A stretch of DNA of 64,000 nt, taken from positions 1,184,001 to 1,248,000 of the forward strand of contig OY969814.1 of NCBI GenBank assembly GCA_963703345.1. Direction: 5' to 3'. The stretch comes from an uncultured Chloroflexia bacterium. Lineage in GTDB: Bacteria > Chloroflexota > Dehalococcoidia > DSTF01 > JALHUB01. The notes beneath the pieces were generated by a model. That model had not been told where the DNA came from. It saw nothing but the letters and a program-made list of their open reading frames with translations, and made no database searches. The position numbers and the translations under genes were made by a program. Below are positions 8,852-18,057 of this stretch, in pieces. Each line of letters begins with the position of its first letter. Within the stretch, counting starts at the first letter, position 1.

Positions 8852-9580
8852 GCCACGTCGGACAACATCGTCAGCGTCGACTTTCGCCGTCACCTCCCGA
8901 TCCGCGCCGGCGACCTGGTGCTTGACGTCGGCTGCGGCGAAGGGCGCCACACCAGCGAGGCGTGTCACTGGCCGTGCCGCGCCGTCGGCGTCGACCTCAG
9001 CATGGACGACCTACGGAAGGCGCAGAGCTTGCTTCGCTACCAGATCGCAGCGCAGGAGATCGTCGGCCGGCCCGACCTCGTCGCCGTCGACGCCCAGAAC
9101 CTGCCCTTTTGCGATGACGTGTTCGACAAGATCGTCTGCACGGAGGTGCTGGAGCACATCCCCGACGACAAGGCCGGCATCCGCGAGCTGGTGCGCGTTC
9201 TCAAGCCGGGCGGACTCATCGCGATCAGCGTCCCCAACTACTGGCCGGAGATCGTCTTCTGGAGCATCTCCTGGGGCTACTGGCACTCCCTGGGCGGCCA
9301 CATTCGGTTCTACCGCCCCGGCGAGATGGCGGCGGCGCTGACGGACAACGGTCTCGATATCTACGCCCAGCGGCTGCGCCATACCGTCCAGACGGTCTAC
9401 TGGTTCTTTCGCTGCGCCTTCGGCATTCGCAACGAGAACTTCGTGTTCACCAAGAGCCTGCAGAAGCTGATGCAGTGGCAGTACCGGCGTCGCCTGCGCC
9501 TGCTGGAGTCGCTGGAAGCGCTCGCTAACCCGGTCTTGGGCAAGGACCTCGTCTTCTATGCAAGAAAGCCGCTCGACTAA
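8848..9580 (+). CDS. Class I SAM-dependent methyltransferase 1 (start region anomalous, see findings)
   Basis: VLDVGCGEGRH, LPF..DVFDKIVCTEVLEHI, LVRVLKPGG; the coupled ATG at 8848 is out of frame by one base; first in-frame GTG is at 8918. Confidence 0.85.
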
Positions 9581-10412
9581 GCTCAAGGCGCTCTCGGACC
9601 GGACGCCGCGCCTGCCGCGCCCGCCCGCCTATCGCTATCGTGCGAATGGGGCCGGGCACAACGGTAACGGCGCAATGTCGCGACTCGACAGCGTCGACCT
9701 CGACCTGCTGGGGCTGCGCGCAGGCGACCGCCTTCTGGACGTCGGCTGCGGCACCGGCCGACACGTCGTGCGCGCCTGCCGCAGGGACTGTCTCGTCGTC
9801 GGCGTCGACCGCGACATCGACGAGTTGATGGCGTTCAAGTTCTTCGCTTACTGCCTGGCCTGCGAGGGAAAGCTGCTCGCCCGCGCCAACGCCGTAATCG
9901 GGGACGGGCAGCGGCTGCCGCTGGCGGACGAGTCGGTCGATCGCGTCATCTGCACGGAGGTGCTGGAGCACGTTCCGGACGACTGCGCGCTTCTCGCGGA
10001 GCTCAGCCGCGTCCTGCGGCCCGGCGGCACAATCGCCGTCAGCGTTCCCGACGGCCGTTCGGAGTGGCTAGTCTGGTCTGCCGCCTCGCTCCAGAGAGTG
10101 CCCGCCGGCGAGCACCTGCGTCGCTACCGTCGCGGCGAGATAGCGCGACTCCTGCGAGAAAACGGCTTGGAAGTGTACGCTCAGCGCTTCCGGCACTCCC
10201 TCGAGACGCCGTACTGGCTGCTCCGGCTGGGCGCGGGTGAGGGAGGCGTGAGGCATCGCGCCTCGGCCGCCTGGAAAGGCTTTCTCGACGCCAGGTCGGC
10301 GGAGGGCTCGCGAGCACTGGCAGGCCTGGAGGGCGCCGGCAATCTTTTCCTGCCGAAAAGCGCCGTCATTTACGCGCGAAAACCGCTCAGGGGGGCGACA
10401 CGATGCGGATAG
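9558..10412 (+). CDS. Class I SAM-dependent methyltransferase 2
   Basis: LLDVGCGTGRH, CTEVLEHV, RVLRPGG; paralog of the preceding gene; alternative start ATG 9675. Confidence 0.88.
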   Translation: MQESRSTKLKALSDRTPRLPRPPAYRYRANGAGHNGNGAMSRLDSVDLDLLGLRAGDRLLDVGCGTGRHVVRACRRDCLVVGVDRDIDELMAFKFFAYCLACEGKLLARANAVIGDGQRLPLADESVDRVICTEVLEHVPDDCALLAELSRVLRPGGTIAVSVPDGRSEWLVWSAASLQRVPAGEHLRRYRRGEIARLLRENGLEVYAQRFRHSLETPYWLLRLGAGEGGVRHRASAAWKGFLDARSAEGSRALAGLEGAGNLFLPKSAVIYARKPLRGATRCG

Positions 10413-11671
10413 CGTTCATCGTCTACCAGGGCAACCCATCCTCCGGCGGCCAGGGCGTGTTCACGTACTACCTGGGCCGCGAGCTCACGCGCCTCGGCCA
10501 CGAGGTGCACGTCATAGCCGGACGGCCGTATCCGGAGGCGGACCCCGCCGTCCACATGCACCGCCTGAAGACGTTCCGCGTCTGGGACCTGATGGACGAC
10601 GTCAATGAGTATCGCTTTCGCACCAATCCGGCCCTTTTCTTCAATCCCTTCAACTTCTACGAGATGGCCGCGACGCGCGTCTCTCTCGGCTCGCTGCTGT
10701 TCACCTTTAGCCTGCGCGCCTACAAGAAGCTGAACGAGCTGTCGCGGGAGCAGCCGTTCGACCTCGTCCACGATAACCAGACGCTGAGCTACGGCATCCT
10801 CCTGATGAAGGCGAGAGGACTGCCGGTCGTCGCCAGCATCCATCACCCGCTGACGATCGACCGCCGCAACCGGCTGCTGCAGGTGAAGAACGTCTACGAA
10901 AAGGCGCTGGCATTCCTCTGGTACCCGTGGGTGATGCAGGACTTCACCGCCCGCCGCCTGGACAGGATCATCACCTGCTCGGAAAACTCGGCGGTGACAA
11001 TCCAGAACGAAGTCCACCTGGCGCCGGGGAAGCTGCAAGTCATCCACTACGGCGCCGACACCGACGCCTTCCGGCCACTGGAGGACGTGCAGAAGGAGCC
11101 GAACAGCATCCTCTTCGTCGGCGACTCCGAGGACCGCAACAAAGGCGCGCGTTACCTGCTCGACGCTCTGCACATGCTGCGACATCGCCAGGAGTTCAAG
11201 GTCACCTTCGTCGACCACCGGCCGGCGTCGCACCTGAAGACCGTCCAGCGGGCGATGAAGCAGTACCGGCTCTACGGCCACATCCAGATCCTGCCGCGGG
11301 TATCGACGGAGGAGCTGGTGCGTCTGTACAATCGCAACCAGATACTGGTCTCACCGTCGCTACACGAAGGCTTCGGCCTTCCCGCGGTGGAGGCGATGGC
11401 CTGCGGCGTGCCGGTAGTCGCTACGCGCGCAGGCGCATTGTCGGAGATCATCGAAGACGGCGTTACGGGCGTTCTCGTGCCGCCGGCTGACCCCGACGCT
11501 CTCGCCCAAGCCTTGCGTATGCTTCTCTCCGACCCGGAGCTGTGCCAACGGATGGGGCAGGCCGGCCGCGAGCGCGTCGTCAGGAACTTCACCTGGCGGA
11601 GGACGGCGGAGCGCATGGCACAGGTCTACGAAGAGGTCCGTCGCGAGGTTGCGCAGAGGCAGCGGGCATGA
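10403..11671 (+). CDS. Glycosyltransferase family 4, paralog 2
   Basis: SGGQG, HDNQTLSYG, EDRNKG, PSLHEGFGLPAVEAMACG. Confidence 0.92.
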   Translation: MRIAFIVYQGNPSSGGQGVFTYYLGRELTRLGHEVHVIAGRPYPEADPAVHMHRLKTFRVWDLMDDVNEYRFRTNPALFFNPFNFYEMAATRVSLGSLLFTFSLRAYKKLNELSREQPFDLVHDNQTLSYGILLMKARGLPVVASIHHPLTIDRRNRLLQVKNVYEKALAFLWYPWVMQDFTARRLDRIITCSENSAVTIQNEVHLAPGKLQVIHYGADTDAFRPLEDVQKEPNSILFVGDSEDRNKGARYLLDALHMLRHRQEFKVTFVDHRPASHLKTVQRAMKQYRLYGHIQILPRVSTEELVRLYNRNQILVSPSLHEGFGLPAVEAMACGVPVVATRAGALSEIIEDGVTGVLVPPADPDALAQALRMLLSDPELCQRMGQAGRERVVRNFTWRRTAERMAQVYEEVRREVAQRQRA

Positions 11672-12960
11672 AGGTCTGCTTCCTCCTCCACCAGGGCAAG
11701 ATGCACTCCGGCGGGCAGGGCGTCTACCTCTACAACGTGACGAAGGAGCTGGCGGCGCTGGGCCACGAGGTGCACGTGATGGTCGGGCCGCCTTACCCGG
11801 ACATCGCGCCCGGCATCACGATGGAGGGCATCGAGACGTTCAGCCTGTTCGACGTGTACGGCACGTTCGGCGACCACTTCCGGCGCCGCAGCCATCCGCG
11901 GGACTTCCTGCGTCCGCTCAACTTCTACGAGATGGTCACCTCTCGCGCGGGCATGTTCTCCGGCATGTCGGCGTTCAGCATTCGCGCCTTCGACCGGCTG
12001 CGCCAGATTCAGGCGGAGCGCCGCTTCGACATCATTCACGACGTGCAGGTGCTGGGCTACGGCACGCTGCTGACGCGCATGTGCGGCCTGCCCGTCGTCG
12101 CCAACGTGCACCACCCGCTGGACCTCGACCGCCGGAACGCCGTCATCCAGGCGAGGAGCCCGCGCGAGAAGATCCGCTGGATCATTTTCTACCCCTTCTG
12201 GATGCAGCACGTCGTGGCGCGGCGGCTGGACCGCATCATCACCGGCTCGCACAAGTCGGCGGCGTCGGTGCGGGAGGCGTTCGGGCTGCCGGCGGAACAT
12301 ATCGAGGTGATCCACGACGGCGTCAACACCGAGGTCTTCCGGCCGCTGGACGACGTGGAGAAAACGGCGAACGAGATCCTCTTCGTCGGCAACTCCGACG
12401 ACCGCAATAAGGGCGCCCGCTACCTCATCGAGGCGATGCGCCTGCTGCGCGACGACGACCTCCACCTGACGTTCGTCGACAAGGCGAAGGGCGCGCTGGA
12501 GCTTGTGCCGCGGCTCGTCCGGCGCTACGGGCTGGGAGCGAAGGTGACGTTCACGGGCCGCGTGAGCTCGGAGCAGTTGGTACGACTGTACAATCGGGCG
12601 CAGATACTCGTGTCGCCGTCAGTCTACGAGGGATTCGGGCTGCCGGCGGCGGAAGCTCAGGCCTGCGGAACGGCCGTCGTCTCCACGACGGCGGGGGCGC
12701 TGCCGGAGGTGGTCGAGCACGGCGAGACGGGCTGGCTGGTGCCGCCCGCGGACGCGCACGCGCTGGCCGAGGCGATTCGGCGGCTGATGGCGGACGCGGA
12801 GATGAGGGCGCGAATGGGCGCGGCGGGAAGACAACGAATGGTGCAGCGCTTCACGTGGCGCGAGACCGCCCGCAAGACGGTGGCGCTGTACGAGGAGGTG
12901 CTGGCAGGCCGTCTGGCAAGCCGTCCTACTCCGGCGCAGGCGGCTCCAGCGGCGTCGTGA
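11668..12960 (+). CDS. Glycosyltransferase family 4, paralog 3
   Basis: ATGA-coupled start at 11668; SGGQG, DDRNKG, PSVYEGFGLPAAEAQACG. Confidence 0.92.
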   Translation: MKVCFLLHQGKMHSGGQGVYLYNVTKELAALGHEVHVMVGPPYPDIAPGITMEGIETFSLFDVYGTFGDHFRRRSHPRDFLRPLNFYEMVTSRAGMFSGMSAFSIRAFDRLRQIQAERRFDIIHDVQVLGYGTLLTRMCGLPVVANVHHPLDLDRRNAVIQARSPREKIRWIIFYPFWMQHVVARRLDRIITGSHKSAASVREAFGLPAEHIEVIHDGVNTEVFRPLDDVEKTANEILFVGNSDDRNKGARYLIEAMRLLRDDDLHLTFVDKAKGALELVPRLVRRYGLGAKVTFTGRVSSEQLVRLYNRAQILVSPSVYEGFGLPAAEAQACGTAVVSTTAGALPEVVEHGETGWLVPPADAHALAEAIRRLMADAEMRARMGAAGRQRMVQRFTWRETARKTVALYEEVLAGRLASRPTPAQAAPAAS

Positions 12961-13147
12961 TGAGGGCGCGGCCGATCCAGAAGGCCACGTAGAGCGCTCC
13001 CAGGAAGCCGACGATTACGGGCATCGCCAGAGCCCAGTAGCTCTTGCGCAGCACGCCGACGAGGAAGACGAGCCCGGCGAGGATGCTGCCGCCGCAGATC
13101 GCCGCTCCATACATCTGAGACCGCTCCCGGTAGCTATTCCATTGCAC
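12926..13147 (-). CDS. Small two-helix membrane protein
   Basis: Two hydrophobic segments; GGAGG RBS; upstream promoter; 35-bp convergent overlap with GT4 paralog 3. Confidence 0.6.
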   Translation of the reverse strand: MQWNSYRERSQMYGAAICGGSILAGLVFLVGVLRKSYWALAMPVIVGFLGALYVAFWIGRALITTPLEPPAPE

Positions 13148-13204
13148 GGTAAAGCCTCCGCTGTCGAACTGAGGGGAAGAGAGTCTTCTTTCGATGCAGA
13201 CGTA

Positions 13205-13233
13205 TTTATAGCAGGAATCGGCCTGCCTGTCAA
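13205..13233 (-). promoter_or_regulatory. Sigma70-type promoter TTGACA-N17-TATAAA
   Basis: Minus strand, upstream of the small membrane protein. Confidence 0.55.
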
Positions 13234-13281
13234 ACCGGTGGATAGAATCGCGTCGACCTCACGCGGTGCGGGAAGCGGGAG

Positions 13282-15363
13282 CTACTGCAGCCAGCGCCTT
13301 CTCGCATACCAGCCGCCAGCACCCAGCAGCAGGGTGCCTGCGGCGATGAGTCCGGCGAGGCCGAGGGCGCTTGTTGTCCAATTGCGATGGTTCGATGCAG
13401 GATCGCGCTCAAGCTGCGGGTACTCTGCTATGCCACCCACACCCGCGGAGCCAACTGGCGTATATTCCCCAACAGCCCCAACATAGGAATCCGGGGATAC
13501 CCCATCGTGTCCCCCGATGACATATATCCTTCCGGCGACGGCATTGGCGGTGTGCCCCTGCCGCTGTCTCGGCATGGGGTTTCTGACGCTCCAAGAGTCG
13601 GCCGCCGGATCGTACTCTTCCGCTGTCGTGAAGTGGACTCCCTGGTTGCCTAGGCCGCCGATGGCGTAGATTCTGCCGTTGACAGTTGCCGCTGCGAGCG
13701 CCCAACGGGCCGTCGGCATCGAGGCGCTTGTAAGCCAAGTGTCGGTAGCTGGATCGTATCGCTCGACCGTTGCGAGAGCCCCAGTTCCGTCGTAGTAACA
13801 GCTCACCGAACATCCTCCAACAACGTAGATCACGTTTCCTACGACGGCTGCCGCAGCATTCCTTCGCGCCGTTGGCATTGGGGACTTGGTTGTCCAGGTA
13901 TTCGTTGCGGGATCGAATTCCTCAACCGTAGCAAGGTCGGACCCACCGCTCTCACCTCCGAACACATAGACCTTGCCGTTTACCGCAGCTGCTGCATGGT
14001 TCATCCGCGGCGTATGCATGTCAGCTTTGGATGTCCAGCTATCAGTGGAGGGATCGTACTCTTGGACGGTTCCGACTTGGGTGCCGTTGTTTCCGCCGAT
14101 TGCGTAGATTCTGTTGTCCACCGCGGCGGCCGCGAGGTTACTGCGGGCGGCAGGCATGGCTGACTTTGGAATCCAGGTATCCGAGGCAGGGTCGTATTCC
14201 TCAACCGACGCAAGTCGAATGTACCCGCCCCCACTCCAACCCCAACCGCCGATAGCGTAGATTCTGTTGTTCACAACAGCGCTCGCATGATCGTTCCGAG
14301 CCATCGACATGGAAGCTCGTTCAACCCAGGTGCCGCCAAGGGGTGGGTACTCCTGGATCACGGATACCGTGTCATCCCTGTTGTTCGCCACGTAGATGCG
14401 GTTCGTGAAGGGGTTGACGGCTACGCCATAGGGAAAATTCCCGACCGCTACGGTGGCGACCACGGTGTTGCTGGCGTTGTCGATGACGGAGACGACGTTG
14501 CTGCTTTCGTGGTGCGTCACGTAGATGCGGCTGGTAGTGGGGTTGACGGCCACGCCGTAGGGATACCACCCGTCCGCTACGGTGGCGACCACCGTGTTGC
14601 TGGCGCCGTCGATGACGGAGACGTTGAAGCTGTGGGAGTTCGCCACGTAGATGAGGTTCGTGCTGGGGTTCACGGCCACGCCCTCGGGGTCAATCCCGAC
14701 CAGGACGTCATCGACGTCACTGTTGCTGGTGCCGTCGATGACGAAGACGTAGTCGCTCCAGGCGCTCGTCACGTAGATGCGGTTGGTAGTCGGATTGACT
14801 GCGACGCCAGAGGGCAGACTCCCGACCATTACGGTGGCGACGACCAAGTTGCTGGCACCGTCGATGACGGAGACGGTGTGGCTGGGATAGTTAGAGTTCG
14901 CCACGTAGATGAGGTTGGTGTTCGGGTTGACGGCTATGCCAGGAAAGGGGGCCCATCCGGCCACTGCGGTGGCGACGACCGTGTTGCTGGCCCCATCGAT
15001 GACGGAGACGTTCCAGCTGTCGTTGTTCGCCACGTATATGCGATTCGTGTTGGGGTTGACGGCCACCTCACAGGGGCCACTCCCGACCGGTACGGTGGCA
15101 ATGACCGTGTTGTCGGCGCCGTCGATGACGGAGACGTTGCCGCTGTCGTTGTTCGCCACGTATATGCGGTTCGTGTTGGGGTTGACGGCCACGCCACAGG
15201 GGCCGCTCGCCACCGCAACGGTAGCAACGACGGCAGGGTCAGCGTCGGCAGCGCGTGAGACGGATGGTGGCCCTCGCAGGGCAAGAACACTCGCCAGTGA
15301 CAGGAAGACCAACGTTCCCGCCAGTAGCACGAGGACCAGCCGCAAGGCGTTCGGAGCGCGCAT
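13282..15363 (-). CDS. Secreted surface protein: YVTN/YncE beta-propeller, Kelch beta-propeller and C-terminal membrane anchor
   Basis: Signal peptide; ~7 GVAVNPxTNRIYV.N...VSVID repeats; ~6 Kelch repeats (IYxxGG...VEEYDP..D.W); tail VGGIAEYP...hydrophobic...WYARRRW. Confidence 0.88.
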   Translation of the reverse strand: MRAPNALRLVLVLLAGTLVFLSLASVLALRGPPSVSRAADADPAVVATVAVASGPCGVAVNPNTNRIYVANNDSGNVSVIDGADNTVIATVPVGSGPCEVAVNPNTNRIYVANNDSWNVSVIDGASNTVVATAVAGWAPFPGIAVNPNTNLIYVANSNYPSHTVSVIDGASNLVVATVMVGSLPSGVAVNPTTNRIYVTSAWSDYVFVIDGTSNSDVDDVLVGIDPEGVAVNPSTNLIYVANSHSFNVSVIDGASNTVVATVADGWYPYGVAVNPTTSRIYVTHHESSNVVSVIDNASNTVVATVAVGNFPYGVAVNPFTNRIYVANNRDDTVSVIQEYPPLGGTWVERASMSMARNDHASAVVNNRIYAIGGWGWSGGGYIRLASVEEYDPASDTWIPKSAMPAARSNLAAAAVDNRIYAIGGNNGTQVGTVQEYDPSTDSWTSKADMHTPRMNHAAAAVNGKVYVFGGESGGSDLATVEEFDPATNTWTTKSPMPTARRNAAAAVVGNVIYVVGGCSVSCYYDGTGALATVERYDPATDTWLTSASMPTARWALAAATVNGRIYAIGGLGNQGVHFTTAEEYDPAADSWSVRNPMPRQRQGHTANAVAGRIYVIGGHDGVSPDSYVGAVGEYTPVGSAGVGGIAEYPQLERDPASNHRNWTTSALGLAGLIAAGTLLLGAGGWYARRRWLQ

Positions 15364-15407
15364 CGCACGACCTCTTTCGTGAGCGGGGGTCAATCAGCGG
15401 GGATAAT

Positions 15408-15460
15408 CAGCAGCGAGCTGTCAACGATGTGATTGTAGCACTGGGCGGGCGCTTGTCAAC
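15408..15460 (-). promoter_or_regulatory. Promoter TTGACA-N16-TACAAT plus downstream 16-nt box, shared with 53469-53521
   Basis: 42/53 ungapped identity to 53469-53521 by manual alignment. Confidence 0.7.
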
Positions 15461-15525
15461 TGCGTTGACTAATCGAACGGTTTCGGCGCATTCTGCCAGC
15501 ACACACGCCCGGAAGGGAGGGCGCC

Positions 15526-16359
15526 ATGACGGGCACGATCGACGTTTGGATGCAGCACCCGACGGCGCGGTTCATCCAGCATGACATGTTCGACTCGCTC
15601 CGCCGCTGGACCCGGGCCCAGCCGACGCAGGCGATGGAGCCTTCCGGCGAAGAGATCCCTCTCAGCTTAAGCATCGCCGCTATGGACGCCGCCGGCGTGG
15701 AGCGCGGTCTGATCGCGGCCTGGTACGGGCCGGAGGGCGCGCTGATCTCGAACGACGAGGTCGCGGCCTTCGTCGCCCAGTATCCGGAGCGGCTGGTCGG
15801 CGTCGCCTCCGTCGATCTGCGACGCCCCATGGCCGCCGTGCGTGAGCTGCGGCGCGCCGTGCGGGAGCTCGGCATGCGGGCGCTGCGCATCGTCCCGTGG
15901 CTGTGGGGTCTTCCGCCCAACGACCGGCGCTATTATCCGCTCTACGCCGAGTGCGTCGAGCTTGGCATACCCTTCTGCACGCAGGTCGGCCACACCGGTC
16001 CGCTCCGCACGTCGGAGACAGGAAGGCCGATCCCCTACCTCGACGACGTCGCTCTCGAATTCCCCGGCCTGGTCATCGTCGGCGGGCACATCGGCTATCC
16101 CTGGACCGACGAGATGATCGCGCTGGCCACGAAGTACCCGAACGTCTACATCGACACTTCGGCCTATACCGCGCGACGCTACCCGCCTGAGTTCGTGGCG
16201 TACATGCGGGCGAACGGCCGGAGCAAGGTGATGTTCGCCACGAACTACCCGATGATCACGGCGTCGCGGGCGCTCGAAGGGCTGGACGAGTTGGGACTGG
16301 ACGAGGAAGCGAAGGAGCTGTTCCTGTCGGGGAATGCGACGCGAGTGTTCCGCCTCTAG
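15526..16359 (+). CDS. Amidohydrolase family protein (Amidohydro_2)
   Basis: IDVWMQHP, TQVGHTGP, GGHIGYPW, NVYIDTSAY, KVMFATNYP, GNATRVF. Confidence 0.88.
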   Translation: MTGTIDVWMQHPTARFIQHDMFDSLRRWTRAQPTQAMEPSGEEIPLSLSIAAMDAAGVERGLIAAWYGPEGALISNDEVAAFVAQYPERLVGVASVDLRRPMAAVRELRRAVRELGMRALRIVPWLWGLPPNDRRYYPLYAECVELGIPFCTQVGHTGPLRTSETGRPIPYLDDVALEFPGLVIVGGHIGYPWTDEMIALATKYPNVYIDTSAYTARRYPPEFVAYMRANGRSKVMFATNYPMITASRALEGLDELGLDEEAKELFLSGNATRVFRL

Positions 16360-16371
16360 CGGCAGTATCCG

Positions 16372-16650
16372 CTATTCGCGGCCTCCGGTGTCGTGCTTTT
16401 GTTTCGCTTCGAGCACCGCATAGTCAATGTGTCGTTGTACGCGTTTCATAAACCAACGCGCTAGCTTCATCCCCACCACGCTCTCAAGCGTCACTATGAC
16501 GAAGACAAACACCACCAGCAGTAGCGGGAACTCCTTAACCACCCAAACGAACATGAACACCATTATGCCCAACACCGGCAACATGAGGGCCAGGTGGGTA
16601 GCAAATCCCATAAGGGCCAGGCGGTTTAACTCCTTCTGCGTATCGGCCAC
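16372..16650 (-). CDS. Small two-helix membrane protein, low GC
   Basis: Hydrophobic hairpin; GGGAG RBS; own promoter. Confidence 0.6.
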   Translation of the reverse strand: MADTQKELNRLALMGFATHLALMLPVLGIMVFMFVWVVKEFPLLLVVFVFVIVTLESVVGMKLARWFMKRVQRHIDYAVLEAKQKHDTGGRE

Positions 16651-16680
16651 TATTCGCTACCGCTCCCTTCGGCATCCGTA

Positions 16681-16708
16681 AGTATAGCGCCACGTAGATG
16701 CATGTCAA
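16681..16708 (-). promoter_or_regulatory. Sigma70-type promoter TTGACA-N16-TATACT
   Basis: Minus strand, upstream of 16372-16650. Confidence 0.6.
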
Positions 16709-16855
16709 CGACTGCGATCCTTGGATGGTTTCAGGCGATCCTGTGGGAGTGGAACCAGCGAAGCCTCGACACCCTGAACGGCCGCCGCTAGAATAAGGCA
16801 GGCCTCCCGCCGAACCGTAGCGCGGAGAGGCACGCCGCCGCAAGGAGGTTGCTCC

Positions 16856-17848
16856 GTGCCAACAGCGCTCATCACCGGCATCACCGGCCAGGACGGCTAC
16901 TATCTCGCCGAGCACCTGCTCTCCCAGGGCTATCAGGTCTACGGCCTCATCCGCGGCCAGAACAACCCGAAGCGCCTCGTCGTCGAAGCCACGCTGCCCG
17001 ACGTTGAGATCGAGCTGGGCGACCTGCTGGACGAGACGTCGCTGATCAGCGCCGTCCAGAAGGTGCAGCCGGACGAGATCTACAACCTGGCGGCAATCAG
17101 CTTCGTGCCGCTCTCCTGGAACCAGCCTGAGCTTACCGGCGAGATAACTGGCCTCGGCGTCTTGCGCATGCTGGAAGCGATCCGCATCGTCACCGGCGCC
17201 AGCCCTTCGCGTACGGGGAGCGCCGGTGGCATCAGGTTCTACCAGGCGTCGAGCAGCGAGATGTTCGGGCGCGTTGCCCAGACGCCCCAGAACGAGGAGA
17301 CTGCCTTCCGGCCGCGCAGCCCCTACGGCGTCGCGAAGGTCTACGGCCACTACATAACCGTCAACTATCGCGAGAGCTACGGCATCTTCGCTTGCAGCGG
17401 CATCCTCTTCAACCACGAATCGCCACGACGCGGGCCGGAGTTCGTGACGCGGAAGATCACGCAGGCGGCGGTCCGCATCAAGCTGGGCAAGCAGCAGGAG
17501 CTGCTTCTCGGCAACCTCGACGCCGAGCGCGACTGGGGCTACGCCGGCGACTACGTCCGCGCGATGCACATGATGCTGCAGGCGCCGGAAGCCGACGACT
17601 ACGTCATCGGCAGCGGCGGGTGCCACCGGATCAGCGAGTTCGCCGAGCTGGCGTTCAAGCGCCTCGGCCTCGAGTGGCGCGACTATGTCCGCAGCGATCC
17701 GAAGTTCATCCGCCCGGCGGAAGTCAACCACCTCTGCGCCGACTCGACGAAGGCGCGGACGAAGCTGGGCTGGGAGCCCGCGGTGTCGTTCGAGGGGCTG
17801 GTGGAGATGATGGTGGAGTCGGACCTGAAGGCGGAATCTGCGTCGTAG
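16856..17848 (+). CDS. gmd: GDP-mannose 4,6-dehydratase
   Basis: ALITGITGQDG, YQASSSEMFG, PRSPYGVAK, ILFNHESPRRG, RDWGYA. Confidence 0.95.
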   Translation: MPTALITGITGQDGYYLAEHLLSQGYQVYGLIRGQNNPKRLVVEATLPDVEIELGDLLDETSLISAVQKVQPDEIYNLAAISFVPLSWNQPELTGEITGLGVLRMLEAIRIVTGASPSRTGSAGGIRFYQASSSEMFGRVAQTPQNEETAFRPRSPYGVAKVYGHYITVNYRESYGIFACSGILFNHESPRRGPEFVTRKITQAAVRIKLGKQQELLLGNLDAERDWGYAGDYVRAMHMMLQAPEADDYVIGSGGCHRISEFAELAFKRLGLEWRDYVRSDPKFIRPAEVNHLCADSTKARTKLGWEPAVSFEGLVEMMVESDLKAESAS

Positions 17849-17885
17849 TGGCTTGCCGCCGGACTTGCCCCTGGAGCCTGCGATC

Positions 17886-18040
17886 TGCGTGAAGGGAGAA
17901 GTTCACAATTCTGCAGGTTGAGACCTGCGGAGGCTCAGAGTGCGTGAGGCAGAAATCTACAATTCTGCAGGTTGAAACCTGCAGCCTTCGCGGATGATAG
18001 GTTGGATGGGGGTCGGGCCGTTCGGCAACCCGAACGGCCC
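17886..18040. repeat. REP-like palindrome cluster between convergent genes
   Basis: acaattctgcaggttga(g/a)acctgc at 17905-17928 and 17959-17982, each with a gcaggt/acctgc hairpin; separate hairpin gggccgttcgg-caac-ccgaacggccc at 18015-18040. Confidence 0.7.
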
Positions 18041-18057
18041 ACGACACCACGTGGCTA

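Noticed and set aside
17897-17982. Possible mini CRISPR array (palindromic repeat containing GTTGAAAC)
   Set aside because: Only two copies; similarity extends into the would-be spacer (tgcgtga precedes both); no cas genes or leader
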